Shown piece after piece: positions 50,807-64,000 of a DNA stretch of 64,000 nucleotides; position 1 is the stretch's first letter, and every line of letters starts with the position of its first letter. Made by a program: the position numbers and the translations under genes. Origin of the DNA: Okamejei kenojei (lineage: Eukaryota). The notes below the pieces were generated by a model. That model saw only the letters and a list, made by a program, of their open reading frames with translations. It was not told the DNA's origin and did not search any database. The DNA lies in contig CM069142.1 in assembly GCA_035221665.1 (NCBI GenBank), forward strand, positions 37,200,001 through 37,264,000, read 5' to 3'.

Positions 50807-50968
50807 CCAAACAACCAATATTTCCATCCAATCCAATGTAATTAAGATCTGCTGTGGCTGCTTGCTTGTCCTGTACATCTTCTTGACTCCAGTCCCTCTG
50901 GGCAAAAATATCCTTCTGCCGGAAGGCAGCATTAGAATCAAAGCTGATTTTTGCATCAATGCACATTA
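50807..50968 (-). CDS. SUCLA2: SUCLA2 exon 7 ([54 protein letters not shown])
   Basis: Lies inside ORF 50796..50978 with DAKxxFD and [11 protein letters not shown] motifs. Sites cttctag|TA and G|gtaagt; 162 nt, phase 1/1. Confidence 0.97.
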
Positions 50969-51254
50969 CTAGAAGCAAAAAGTGGCAATGGTTAAAACTA
51001 CTTCACCAACACAATGGCTAAACAAACATTAAATTATTAAAAATTGGCTGTATTGCATAAATATCAAACAGTAAACTACAGCCAATTAGGCTAGGCCAAC
51101 TGAACAAAAAAGGGCTGGTGATGCTAACAACTTTACTCTTTAAGCAACACTTTAAATAAACAGTTTTGTGCTGTGCGTGCTTGTGGCTATTAACACATTT
51201 ACGAAGTTTCAAGAGTCCACTGCTAAATTTTCCAGATATCATTTGAAAAACACA

Positions 51255-52222
51255 TTAGAATTTAGATGGACAAGGGCTGATTAGGGAGTCAGCATGGTTT
51301 TGATCGTGGGAGGTCCCGTCTCATAAATCTGATTGAGTTTTTTGAAGACATGACGAAAAAGGTCGATGAGGGCAGAGCTGTCGATGTATATATGGACTTC
51401 AGCAAAGCATTCAACATGGTTCCGCATGGTTGGCTGCTCTGGAAGGTTAGATCGCATGGGATCCAAGGAGAGATAGATCAATGATAGAATATAATCTTCA
51501 TGGAAGGAAGCAGAGGGTGAGTATAGTATAGACGTTTGGAGGTCATGTTGCAGTTGTACTCGACGTTGGTGAGGCCGCATTTAGAGTATTATGTTCAGTT
51601 CAGGGCATCATGCTTTAGGAAAGATGTTGTCAAGCTGGAAAGGGTACATGGAAGGTTTACGAGGGTGTTGCCAGGATTATAGAGTTTGAGTATTGGGAGA
51701 GGTTTAGTAGGCTGGAACTATTCCTTGATGCAGAGGAGGATGAGTGGTGGTCTTATAGAGGTGTATAAAATCATGAGAGGAATAGATCTGAGACACATAG
51801 GTGAATCAATGGCCAGAGGACATAGGCTTAAGGAGAAAGGGAAATTATTTAGTAGGAATTTGAGGGGGTAACTTTTTCACACAAAGGTTGATCGGTGTTT
51901 AGAAGAATGAGGGGGGATCTTATAGAAACATATAAAATTATAAAAGGACTGAACAAGGTAGATGCAGGAAAAATGTTCCCAATGTTGGGCGAGTCCAGAA
52001 CCAGGGGCCAAAGTCTTAGAATAAAGGGGAGGTCATTTAAGACTGCGGTGAGAAAAAACCTTTTCACCCAGAGAGTTGTGAACTTATGGAATTCCCTGCC
52101 ACAGTGGAGGCCAAGTTACTGGATGGATTTAAGAGAGAGTTGGATAGAGCTCTAGGGGCTAGTGGAGTCAAGGGATATGTGGAGAAGGCAGGCACGGGTT
52201 ATTGATAGGGGACAATCAGCCA
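51255..52222 (+). mobile_element. Two abutting CR1 fragments
   Basis: RT remnants and a 3' end ([27 protein letters not shown]). Confidence 0.85.
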
Positions 52223-52224
52223 TA

Positions 52225-55213
52225 AGGAGTGACCTGTATAAAAAGGACGGGTTGCACTTGAACCCGAAGGGGACCAGTATCCTGGTGGGAAAATCTGCAA
52301 AGGCTACTGGGGAGACTTTAAACTAGAACGGTTGGGGGGGAGGGACTCAAATAGAGAAAGCTAGTAGACAGTGTCTGAAGCAGGAGGCAAAGAAGCACTC
52401 AGACCCAACATGTAGGGGGGAAAGAAGAAACAAATAATAAACAGAGAATAAGAGGTGGCGGGTTTCTTAAATGTGTGAGCAGAGAGAAAGAGGGGATAAA
52501 ATGAGGGTAGAAGCAATTGATAGCAAGGTGAAAAGTAAAAGAGCAGGCAGACAAATCCAGGACAAAAATCAAAAAGGTCCACCTTTCAACATAATTGTAT
52601 AAAGAGTAAGAGGGTTGTAAAAACAAGCCTGAAGGCTTTGTGTCTCAATGCGAGGAGCTTTCTTAATAAGGTGAGTGAGTTGAAAGTGCAGATAGCTATT
52701 AATGACTATGATATAGTTGGGATCACGGAGACATGGCTCCAGGGTGACCAAGGCTGGGAGCTGAACATCTAGGGATATTCAATATTCAGGAGGGATAGAC
52801 AGAAAGGTAAAGGAGGTGGGGTAGCGTTGCTGGTTAGAGAGGAGATTAACGCAATAGAAAGGAAGGATATTAGCTTGGAGGATGTGGAATCAATATGGGT
52901 AGAGCTGCGAAACTCTAAGGGGCAGAAAACGCTAGTGGGAGTTGTGTACAGGCCACCTAACAGTAGTAGTGGAGTTGGGGATGGCATCAAACAGCAAATT
53001 AGAAATGCGTGCAACAAAGGTAAAACAGTTATAATGGGTGACTTCAATCTACATATAGATTGGGTGAACCAAATTGGCAGGGGTGCTGAGGAAGAGGATT
53101 TCTTGGAATGTATGCGGGATAGTTTTCTAAACCAACATGTAGAAGAACCAACGAGAGAGCAGGCTATTCTAGACTGGGTATTGAGTAATGAGTAAGGGTT
53201 AGTTAGCAGTCTTGTTGTGCTTGGCCCCTTGGGCAAGAGTGACCATAATATGATTGAGTTCTTCATTAGGATGGAGAGTGACATAATTAATTCAGAAACA
53301 AGGTTTCTGAACTTAAAGAAAGGTAACTTTGAAGGTATGAGCCACTTAAAGAAAGGTAACTTTGAAGGTGAATTGGCCAAGATAGACTGGCAATTGATTC
53401 TTAAAGGGTTGACAGTGGATGCGCAATGGAAGGCATTTAAAGACCTCATGGATGAACTACAACAATTGTTCATCCCAGTTTGGCAAAAGAATAAATCAGG
53501 GAAGGTAGTGCATCCGTGGATAAAAAGGGGAATCAGGAATAGTATCAAAACAAAAGATGAAGCATACAAATTAGCCAGAAAAAGCAACCTACCAGAGGAC
53601 TGGGAGAAATTCAGAGTCCAGCAGAGGAGGACAAAGGGATTAATTAGGAAAGGGAAAATAGATTATGAAAGAAAACTGGCAGGGAACATAAAAACTGACT
53701 GCAAACGTTTTTATAGATGTGTGCAGAGAAAAAGATTAGTTAAAACAAATGTAGGTCCCTTGCAGTTAGAAACAGGTGAATTGATCATGGGGAACAAGGA
53801 CATGGCAGACCAATTGAATAACTTCTTTGGTTCTGTCTTCACTAAGGAAGACATAAATAATCTGCTGGAAATAGCAGGGGACCGGGGGTCAGATAAGATG
53901 GAGGAACTGAGTGAAATCCAGGTTAGCCGGGAAGTGGTGTTGGGTAAATTGAATGGATTAAAGACTGATAAATCCCCAGGGCCAGATAGGCTGCATCCCA
54001 GAGTACTCAAGGAAGTAGCCACAGAAATAGTGGATGCATTAGTGATAATTTTTCAAAACTCTTTAGATTCTGGAGTAGTTCCTGAGGATTGGAGGGTAGC
54101 TACTGTAACCCCACTTTTAAAAAAAGGAGGCAGAGAGAAAACGGGGAATAACAGACCAGTTAGTCTAACATCGGTAGTGGGGAAACTGCTAGAGTCAGTT
54201 ATTAAAGATGGGATAGCAGCACATTTGGAAAGTGGTGAAATCATTGGACAAAGTCAGCATGGATTTACGAAAGGTAAATCATGTCTGACGAATCTTATAG
54301 AATTTTTCGAGGATGTAACTAGTAGAGTGGATAAGGGAGATCCAGTGGATGTGTTATATCTGGACTTTCAGAAGGCTTTTGACAAGGTCCCACATAAGAG
54401 ATTAGTATACAAACTTAAAGCACACGGTATTGGGGGTTCAGTATTGATGTGGACAGAGAACTGGCTGGCAGACAGGAAGCAAAGGGTAGGAGTAAATGGG
54501 TCCTTTTCAGAATGGCAGGCAGTGACTAGTGGGGTACCGCAGGGCTCAGTGCTGGGACCCCAGCTATTTACAATATATATTAATGATTTAGACGAGGGAA
54601 TTGAATGCAACATCTCCAAGTTTGCGGATGACACAAAGCTGGGGGCAGTGTTAGGTGTGAGGAGGATGCTAGGAGGCTGCAAGGTGCCTTGGATAGGCTG
54701 GGTGAGTGGGCAAATGCATGGCAGATGCAGAATAATGTGGATAAATGTGAGGTTATCCACTTTGGTGGCAAAAACAGGAGGGAAGATTATTATCTGAATG
54801 GTGGCCGATTAGGAAAAGGGGAGATGCAACGAGACCTGGGTGTCATAGTACACCAGTCATTGAAAGTAGCCATGCAGGTGCAGCAGGCAGAGAAGAAAGC
54901 GAATGGTATGTTAGCATTCATAGCAAAAGGATTTGAGTATAGGAGCAGGGAGATCTACTGCAGTTGTACAGGGTTTTAGTGAGACCACACCTGGAGTATT
55001 GTGTACAGTTTTGGTCTCCAAATCTGAGGCAAAACATTCTTGCCATAGAGGGGGTACAGAGAAGGTTCACCAGACTGATTCCTGGGATGTCAGGACTTTC
55101 ATATGAGGAAAGACTGGATAGACTCGGCTTGTACTCGCTAGAATTTAGAAGATTGAGGGGGGATCTTATAGAAACTTACAAAATTCTTAAGGGGTTGGAC
55201 AGGCTAGATGCAG
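52225..55213 (+). mobile_element. CR1 LINE with ORF1 esterase tail, AP endonuclease and RT; both ends truncated
   Basis: DGLHLNPKG (ORF1 SGNH end), VGVVYRPP/IMGDFN/SDHN (APE) and a 526-aa RT ORF. Closely similar to 40425-42625. Confidence 0.95.
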
Positions 55214-56062
55214 CAGCAAAAGGAAGACTACACCTTGCTGATTTGGGAAAGTAAGAACAATCAGCATGATCTTTGTGGATAAAAGGCAATTGATTGTGCC
55301 ATCGATCACTTGTCCGCAGCAGTGGATAATGAGAATAAAAAGCAGGCAGTATAAACATACTATAATCAGTGGCAGATGAGTTGCAGTAATAGTTATCAAT
55401 CTAGTCAGTCAATGCAAATACATTCGGCCCAGACTGACCATCTGAGGAATCTTTATGCATAGCAACTATAATAAGGATTTCAAACTGCAATAGTTTAAAT
55501 GTTTTGAAAATGTGTTATATATTTAATATCATATATATATTGATAACATTTGTATTATGTGTAACATATATTCTGTATCAAGTTATTTGGTGAAGCGACT
55601 CTAACCATCTGGCTTTTTGTAAATTATAGGCAGACTTCAAGAGATAGAAGACATCTATCTTGCACAAATTCAAGCTAATGCCAAATGTACATTTTTGTCC
55701 ATCAGTTTCAGATGCTGATTGTTCACAGCTACTGTTTAATGAGTAACTGCATTCTTAATGCAGATTGCAGTTAATGATGTTTAGAAAATCATATGTCAAT
55801 TCTTCCCAAGATCCAGAATTGCCGAGAAATGTGCCAATTTGCTGTTTTGAAAATCAAGGCCAGAAAATCATGGCATAAATCATTTCAACTTGGCATATCC
55901 CACAACTTTTACAAACATTATCATTTTTTCCTCCTAAAAAGACCAATACCATATTTTAAATCTTTAAATCAATGATGCTAAAATGTAAGCACTTCGTGGC
56001 ATCAACCTAATGGCAAACATTATTAAGCAAAATTAAAATAGAAGGGGTTCAGTGTACATTAC

Positions 56063-56201
56063 CAATTCCAGAGGCATCCTCCACCATAGGATTTATCTCT
56101 AACATACTGGCATCATATTTAACAAACACATTGTATAATTTGATCATGTTCTCTGCTGCATCTTCTACGACATTAGGTGGAAAACCCATTTTCTTTGCAA
56201 G
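56063..56201 (-). CDS. SUCLA2: SUCLA2 exon 6 ([46 protein letters not shown])
   Basis: Lies inside ORF 56049..56285 and carries the EINP motif. Sites tttccag|CTT and G|gtaatg; 139 nt. Confidence 0.96.
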
Positions 56202-59175
56202 CTGGAAAGATAACATTTTAAATAGAGAATTTGGTACTAAAATTGTAACATCTTTTTCAGCAATATCAACCACAAGGTGGAGCATTCCCCAGAGACCTCA
56301 GCCTACTTCTCATCTAGGTTTTTAAATATTTCATTTTCATATATAGTTGGAAATTATTCAGAAAGATTAAATATCAGATTAGCTTAGAAAAATGTCAACA
56401 GTAGAGAATATTAATATGAAAATCTAAGTAACCCAGAGGAAATGTAATTACTTAGTGAGAGAGAGGAAACCACAGCATTATTCAATTTGCGATGTTGCTT
56501 ATGGATCTTCTTGACAGATAGACAGGTGAAGACCCCCAAACATATCCAGTGTTTCAGTGTCTTTTCTACACAATTCTCTCAAACATACATGGTCCAAGAC
56601 AGCAGACCATTTGTGCAGTTGCTTGACCTCAAGTCTGAAGAAGGGTCTCGACCCGAAACGTTGCCTATTTCCTTCACTCCATAGATGCTGCCTCACCCGC
56701 TGAGTTTCTCCAGCATTTTTGGCTACCTTCAATATATCCAAAGCTTGCTTCAGCAAAGCTTAAAAGTGACAAAATCGAGTCTGATGCTGGGATCTGCATG
56801 CAGGCAACAGCCCTTTAAAATATACCTGCTACTGAAACCCTCGCTCAAGCACATCCCAACACACAGACTCTGAAGCACTCCTCTCCAATCTAACATCTGA
56901 CTGGCAGCTCATTACATATACCAATATCCTGTGTGTGAAAAACATGCCCTTCAGGACCCTTTTAAATCTTTCCTCTCTCACCTTAAACTTATGCCCAACC
57001 TTTGGAAACATACTAAACATCCACCTTATCATAACCCTCATGATTTTATACATCTCAACCTCCTTCAGTTCTCAGCCTCCTTTGCTCCAGGAAAATAGGC
57101 CCAGCCTATCCAGTTTCTACTTATAATTCAAGCCATCCAATCCAAGCAACTTCCTTGTGAATCTTTTCTGCACTCTTTCCTGCTTAAGCACATCCTTCCT
57201 ATAGCTAGACGACCAGAACTAATTTTAAAAGAGCTTAATTGGCTCTAAAGCATCGCTGATCATTGATAAGAACAATGATACGATAAGAATAATTACAGAA
57301 GTGGAGAGAGGACACTAGTTCAGCCATTGCGAGGAAGAAAAAATGTATGTTGATTTTTTTAATATATTATGGGAGTTGCATCATATGTACGTGTATCCAT
57401 AAAGAATTCCAGAGCAGCCCGTAGCAATTGGAAACGTAACTAAGCTGAATCTTACGAACTAAAATGTTCCATGGTTGCCTCATTTTAATTGCATATTCAA
57501 TAGAGTCCGTTTGGGGGCTCAGGATAAAAGGAAAAAAATGTCAATTCAAGTCAGATGTAGGGATAGTCTTTGATTGAATAATGTTAGATTCCCACTGACA
57601 GCTCTGCAGAAACAAAGTGGTCTACATCTACATGCAGGAACTACTGAACAACATTAGTCATGGGCTGATCATTGCCAAGTAACATTCACGTCATAGGAGT
57701 GTCTGCAATGATCATTTCCAAAAAGAGCTAGTGTCACAACCTACCACTGATATTCATTCTGAGTCATGCAGCATGGAAACAGGCTCTTTGGACCATCTTG
57801 CCCATGCTGATCAAGATGCCCCCATCTACACTAGTCCCATCTGCCTGTGTTTTGCCCATATCCCTTTAAACCTTTCCTATCCAGGTATCTGTACAAATAT
57901 CTTTTAGTTGTTGTCATAGTACCTTCCTCAACCACCACCTCTGACAACTCCTTCCATATATAACTACCACCCTCTGTATGAAAAAACATGCACCTCAGGT
58001 TCTTATTAAATCTTTCCCTTCTCACCTTAAACTTGCGAGCATTTTTGGGGTCATATCTGAGGAAGAATGTGCCGACGTTGGAGAGGGTCGGAGGAAGTTT
58101 ACGAAAATGACCCCAGGAATGATTAGGTTAACATACAATGAGCGTTTTGAGGCACCGGGCCTGTACTCGCTGGAATTCACAAGGATGAGGGATTACCAAA
58201 TAATAAAAGGCCTGGATAGAGTGAATGTAGAGAGGATGTTTCCACCTGCGGGAGACTCTAGGACAGGAGGCCATAGCCTCAGAATAAAAGGACATACCTT
58301 TAGAAAGGAGGTGGTGAATCTGTGGAATTCATTGCCACAGACGGCTGTGGAGCCAAGTTATTGGGTATTTTTAAGGCACAGATTGACAGACTTTTGATTA
58401 GTAAGGGTGTGAGAGGTTATGAGGAGAAGGCAGATGGATTTAGTTGGGAGGAAAACATAGATCAGCCATGATTTAATGACAGGATTAGTTAATGGGCTGA
58501 ATGGCCTAATTCTGCTCCTATAACTTATGTCCTTAGGTTCTAGAGTCCCCTAAACTGGATAAAAGACTGTGGATTCACCCTATCTATTCCCCCTCATGAT
58601 CTTATACACCCCTATACCCCTCAGCTCCTTGGACCATCCTGCCCATGCTGATCAATGTGGGGGGGGGGGGGGGGAGTATCAATCATTTTTTGGCAAAATA
58701 GGCATTGCTAGCAAGACCATGAATATGGGTTTTGTTCAATGGCAGGATTTCCACGTGTCAAAGGATATAAGAAATGAGCCCTTCTACAAGCAGAACCCCA
58801 TATGTTTGCTTTTTAAACCAACATTGCTTGATCATATATCAATGTCTTAAATGTTTCTGTAGAAGGGTCCCAACCCAAAACATCTCCTGTCCATTTACCT
58901 CCATAGATGCTCCATAGTTCCTCTAGCAGTTTGTTACTCAAGATTCCAGCACCTCCAGTTTCTATTTTACACTTGTGATTGGGATTTGAGGATTAAAAGG
59001 TGAAAGGTAAAAGTTTCCATCAATCTCACTGAAAATAATTTAGGACTGTAATTTTTTTAATACGTATGTATCTGCTAGAATAGGGTTCCCAGTATATGAA
59101 ATACAATACAGTTATTAGTTCAAAACACCACCTTAATTCCATTTAGTTTTCATTGTTGGAATTTCCGTGATTTAC

Positions 59176-59304
59176 CTTGACAGCTTTTTCTTTCTTGGCC
59201 CCTTCAATTATATCAATAGGCTCTTTCACAATTGCTTCAGGGTTTTCAGCTGCAACATCTTCTATGTTAACTCCGCCCTGAGAACTGCCTATAAATACTG
59301 GCCC
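59176..59304 (-). CDS. SUCLA2: Succinate-CoA ligase ADP-forming beta subunit, exon 5 ([43 protein letters not shown])
   Basis: Manual translation matches vertebrate SUCLA2. Acceptor ctctttag|GGG and donor AAG|gtaaat; 129 nt, phase 0/0. Confidence 0.95.
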
Positions 59305-59662
59305 CTAAAGAGAGAAATATTATTGGTAGAAATCTCCTTCTCATTTCTAGTTAGATATAATTATCACACACAAAGGTCACTGTGGAAGTCCATAGAATTA
59401 TTTGGACTATGAACTGAGCATAACCAAGAACATCTTGCTGAACTTCACTAACGATCTGGCATTTCTCAATCAGAATTAGCAGCAGTGACTATTTCACTTA
59501 TTCAGTCTGCCTTGTTACTTTGCCTTCAAAATTTGCTATAGATACAATGGCATTGTGGTCAAGTTCAAATCCCACCTTTTATATTTTGCTGGGGAAATAA
59601 ATAGTAGAATTAGCAGCTAGAGTGAGTAACAGGGACAATATCATCCCAAATGGCTTGACAAA

Positions 59663-60605
59663 TAACCATATAACCATATAACAATTACAGCACGGAAACA
59701 GGCCCTCTCGGCCCTTCCAGTCCGTGCCGACCATTTGTTTTCCCCTAGTCCCATCTACCTGCACTCAGACCATACCCCTCCATTCCCTTCACGTCCATAT
59801 ACCTATCCACTTTACTCTTAAATGTTAAAATCGATCCTGCCTCCACCACTTCTGCTGGAAGCTGATTCCACACAGCCACCACCCTCTGAGTAAAGAAGTT
59901 CCCCCTCACGTTACCCCGAAACCTCTGTCCCTTAATTCTCATGTCATGCCCTCTTGTTTGAATCTTCCCTACCCTCAATGGGAAAAACGTATCCACGTCA
60001 ACTCTGTCTATCCCTTTCATCATTTTAAAGACCTCAATCAAGTCCCCCCTTAACCCTCTGCGCTCCAAAGAATAAAGACCTAACTTGTTCAACCTTTCTC
60101 TGTAACATAGTTGCTGGAACCCTGGCAACATTCTAGTAAATCTCCTCTGTACTCTCTCTATTTTGTTGACATCCTTCCTATAACTAGGCGACCAAAATTG
60201 TACACCATACTCCAGAATTGGTCTTACCAATGCCTTGTACAATTTTAACATTACTTCCCTACTCCTATATTCAATGCTCTGATTTATAAAGGCCAGCACA
60301 CCAAAGGCTTTCTTTACCACCCTATCTACATGCGATTCCACCTTCAGGGAACTATGCACAGTTATTCCTAGATCCCTCTGTTCCACAGCATTCCTCAATT
60401 CCCTACCATTTACCATGTACGTCCTATTTTGATTTGTCCTGCCAAGATGTAGCACTTCACACTTATCAGCATTAAACTCCATCTGCCATCTTTCAGCCCA
60501 CTTTTCCAAATGGCCCAAATCTCTCTGTAGATTTTGAAAAATCTACTTCATTATCCACAACACCACCTATCTTAGTATCATCTGCATACTTACTTATCCA
60601 ATTTT
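59663..60605 (-). mobile_element. CR1 LINE 3' portion, intact 257-aa frame
   Basis: WQMEFNADKC..LVRPILEYGVQFW; (taaccata)n tail on the plus strand. Confidence 0.93.
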
Positions 60606-63600
60606 TTTAAAGAGGGGGAACTTCTTTTCTCAAATGTCCTTTGGGAAATTAAATCTGCCTTTCCTTCCTACATATGATAGACCAACAATGTGGTCAACTC
60701 TTAATTTACCTCCAAATAGGCCAAGCAAGCTATTCAAGTCAAGGGCAATTAGGGATGGGCATTAAATCCTGAAAAAAAAATTTTTTTAAGGCAATACCAG
60801 CAAATTTATTCCCAAGTCTAATAAAACGCAAAACATTGGAATACTCAGCATGTCGGGCAGCATTTGTGGAAAAATAGTTCATATTTCAGATATGTACATT
60901 ACCAACCTAAGTAATTTCCCCTCTGTGCAGATGCTGCCAGATCTGCTGTGATTGATTTCCAACCTTTTGTCCTTCAATTCAGAAGTCCAGCTTCAGCAAT
61001 ATTTTATTTCTGGATTATTCCATCCCTACTTGCCCCAACATAGTGGGTTTGCCAGATCAACTGCATTCCACAAGTGCGTTACATGTAGGAACTTGACACA
61101 ACCAGACTGATTTAATAGGTCACTTGCCAGCAAAGTTGAGTGTGAACCATGTTGCTATCCGGGAAAAAGCACAAAGATAATACTAATTCTCTGCCTCAGA
61201 GGGCGGTGGAGGCAGGTTAACTGGATGCTTTCATAAGAGAGCGAGATAGTGCTCTTAAAAATAGCGGAGTCAGGGGATATGGGGAGAAGGCAGGAACGGG
61301 GTACTGATGATCAGCCATGATTACATGGAATGGCGGTGCTGGCTCGAAGGGCCGAATGGCCTACTGCACCTATTGTCTTTTAATTAACTATCCTTCCTCA
61401 AAGAAACTTGTGAAAACATTTGATTTTTAACCTCAATTGTACAACTTCATTGTTACTTTTGCAGGTACCCGCTTTTTACTTCCAGATTCAAAACACTCAA
61501 ACTGTAATGAGGGCGGGGTGGTTGAAGTCACATCCTCTGGAATAATAGTCCAGTCACATAACCACCTCACTCTAAAATAATTTGGTTACATCAAAGATGA
61601 CGCAAATAATTTATATATCTAGAAACAGCTCTACAAGTACATTTCAATTGTTTACAGCATTAATAGTTGTGCGAGTTGCTAGAATGAACTTCATAACAGT
61701 AAAGCTCTGCTCAGAGGAGCTTCTGATGGTACATGCACACAAATCTGGAATTAGAGGCTAGAAAGCAGCTAATAGAGCAGGTATATAATATAAACTTACA
61801 GTATCAACCATATTATACATTAAACATGGCAACAATTCATCCTCCAGCACAAAATTTACTGACAGAAGAGCAGATTAATGGCATTCACTGCTTATTCACT
61901 TCCAAACTACAGACATTTCAGGAGTGGTAGATGCATCATGTAAGAAGTGCTGCCCAAATTGTGCTAATCTGACATTAGCTTCACAAAAATGGCATCAACT
62001 ATTTGGCTTATTATTGTAATGGCATTGCAAAGTTGTCATATTTACATGATAGAGACAAACAAAACCAGTTGTCATTTCAAACAAAGAGAGAGTTGCTGGA
62101 AAAACTCAGCAGGTCAGGCAGCATCTGTGGAGGGAAATGGACAGTCAACATTTTGGGTTGATTCCCTTCATTTGACTAAAAAAAGTAGAGGGGAAGCTTA
62201 TGTCTAGATGCAGGGTCTTGAGCCAAAATGTCTTCTCCCAATTTGACTTGGGAGAGAAACTCTTATGATTGTAAATACCTGCTTGCCTGGTGTTTCCAGA
62301 TGGTAAAGTTTTTTTTGTTGGTTGTGTGCGAGTGAAAGTGCCTTGGTAATTTGCATGTTGCATCTGTTAGGATGGTACACACTGCAGTCACTTTATGTTA
62401 GTGACGGAGTGTGTGAATGACAGCGGCAGGAAGTCTGAATGAGAGTCATTACAACTGAAGTCTGAATGAGAGTCCTGACCTGAAACATCACCTGTCCATT
62501 TCCCTCCACAGATGCAGCACATCCTCTGAGTTACACCAGGACTAACCTTGACTTCAAAACTGGGAAATTAGGAGACGGCGTACCAGTTTTCATTGGTGTG
62601 CCAGTGTTGGCGAGAGTTAGCAGTTTCACATTATTGAGCATTAACATCTTGGAAACCTGCCCAGATATGGATATGGATCCAGCATATTGATGCAATAAAA
62701 AAGGTGTGCAAGCACCTCAACTTTCTTAGAAGTCTAAGGTTCGGCATGTCTAGAAATTAGTCTACATAATTAGCCTTCTAAAGTAGGTCATAAGGAAACA
62801 GTGAAAAATGCACCCCCAATAACTACTTTAACCCCCTTCACATAGACCTTTCAGTCCTGAGCCTCCTCCAGTGCCAGGAGGACCAGCAGCTCATATTCCA
62901 CTTGAGTAGCTTAAAACCAACAGGATGAGCATTGAATATTGACGCAAAAAGCTAGAGTAGCTCAGGAGGCAGCGTCTCTGGAGAGAAGGAATGGGTGACG
63001 TTTCGGGTTACCCAACCCTCTTTCACCTTTTTCCCTCCCTCTTGGTTCTCTCCTTTTCTATACTTATTTGACACCTTTTTGTCTCCTTTTTATCATCAGA
63101 TTCTGTTGCTTATTCTATCCATCTGCCAATCGATCCCCACTCACCTGTATTCACCTATCACTTTCCAGGCTCTGTCACACCCCCATCTCTTTTCCAGCTT
63201 TCCCCTTTCTACAATCAGTTGGAAGAAGGGTTCTGACCTGAAGAGTTGCTTCTTCATTCTCTCCAAAGTGGTTGTGTGTCCCACAGAGTTACTCCAGCAC
63301 TTATTGTTTTGCTCAATGGTTTACAGCCAGGAAATCAAACACAGCGAGTCTATCAAAGGTCAAGCAATAGCAGGTTTTCTTTAGGAAGAGAAAGCAGCAG
63401 CACTGGAACATGAGGTATTTCATATTAAACCCACATCAGCAGCCAGAAAAGGTTTCAGATCTATCACAGGCAGACAATATAAATAAATGCCAAAGTCTTC
63501 AAGCAGGGTAACTCAAAATGAATTATGATTTCTTTGCTACCTCCTGACATATTCCGTCATTGTTAATGGCAGGAGGAAGAATCGGTAATTGTCGACTATG

Positions 63601-64000
63601 TAAAATTTATCTCATTATTTACTTCGACACAGGAGACAGCTGCTCAGTCCATCAGGTCCATGCTGGCATCACTAAAGCAAATCCATCAGTCCTGTTCCTT
63701 TACAACTTTTTTGTTCCCAAGTTCACCCTTTGATTCTTTTGTCCCTTATCTGCACACAGGGGTAACTTACATTAGCCTGTATGCCTTTGAGATATGGGAG
63801 GAAATTGAAACAGATTACACTGGAGGTCAAGATCGAACCACGGACCCTGGAGCTGTGTGGCAGAGATTAGTTTAACTTTACATCTGTTCTGGAACTGACA
63901 TTGTCTGCTGTAGTACATTCTATGTAGAATCAGATTTTAACAGAAGATGAAATGCTCGGACAAAAAACTCCAGTTTGACAACTATAACAATCTAATGCAA

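Noticed and set aside
53311-53369. 26-bp direct repeat acttaaagaaaggtaactttgaaggt
   Set aside because: A simple local duplication inside a dead CR1 copy.
60600-64000. SUCLA2 exon 4 or neighbouring genes (MED4, NUDT15)
   Set aside because: No matching peptides found by eye. The region looks like intron 4 with repeat remnants.

Overview
Eukaryotic, repeat-dense vertebrate DNA. It is most likely a cartilaginous fish (skate/ray/shark), inferred from HE1/V-SINE-like SINEs plus abundant CR1, Penelope and Rex LINEs. The only confidently identified host gene is SUCLA2 on the minus strand: exons 5-11 lie at 59304..17805 with canonical splice sites, and exons 1-4 are off the right edge. A candidate first coding exon of an unidentified minus-strand gene sits at 4484-4372. 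Nearly all long ORFs in the track are transposon debris: CR1, Rex/Babar, L1, RTE-BovB, Penelope, a DIRS1 tyrosine-recombinase retroelement, an IR-DR Tc1 and a Harbinger MITE. The most unusual signals are: (1) a TIR-bounded non-autonomous DNA transposon carrying scrambled, two-orientation fragments of a ZFP36/tristetraprolin-family gene (Pack-type capture); (2) a ZNF330/NOA36 C-terminus plus 3' UTR-like sequence inserted antisense inside a Rex LINE; (3) a ~140-bp TSD-flanked retroposon whose 5' end folds as a compact HDV-like ribozyme; (4) a family of TSD-flanked, hammerhead-motif Penelope-derived mini-elements; (5) a DIRS1 element ending ~20 nt from the SUCLA2 exon 7 donor. All protein identities come from recalled motifs, not database searches.
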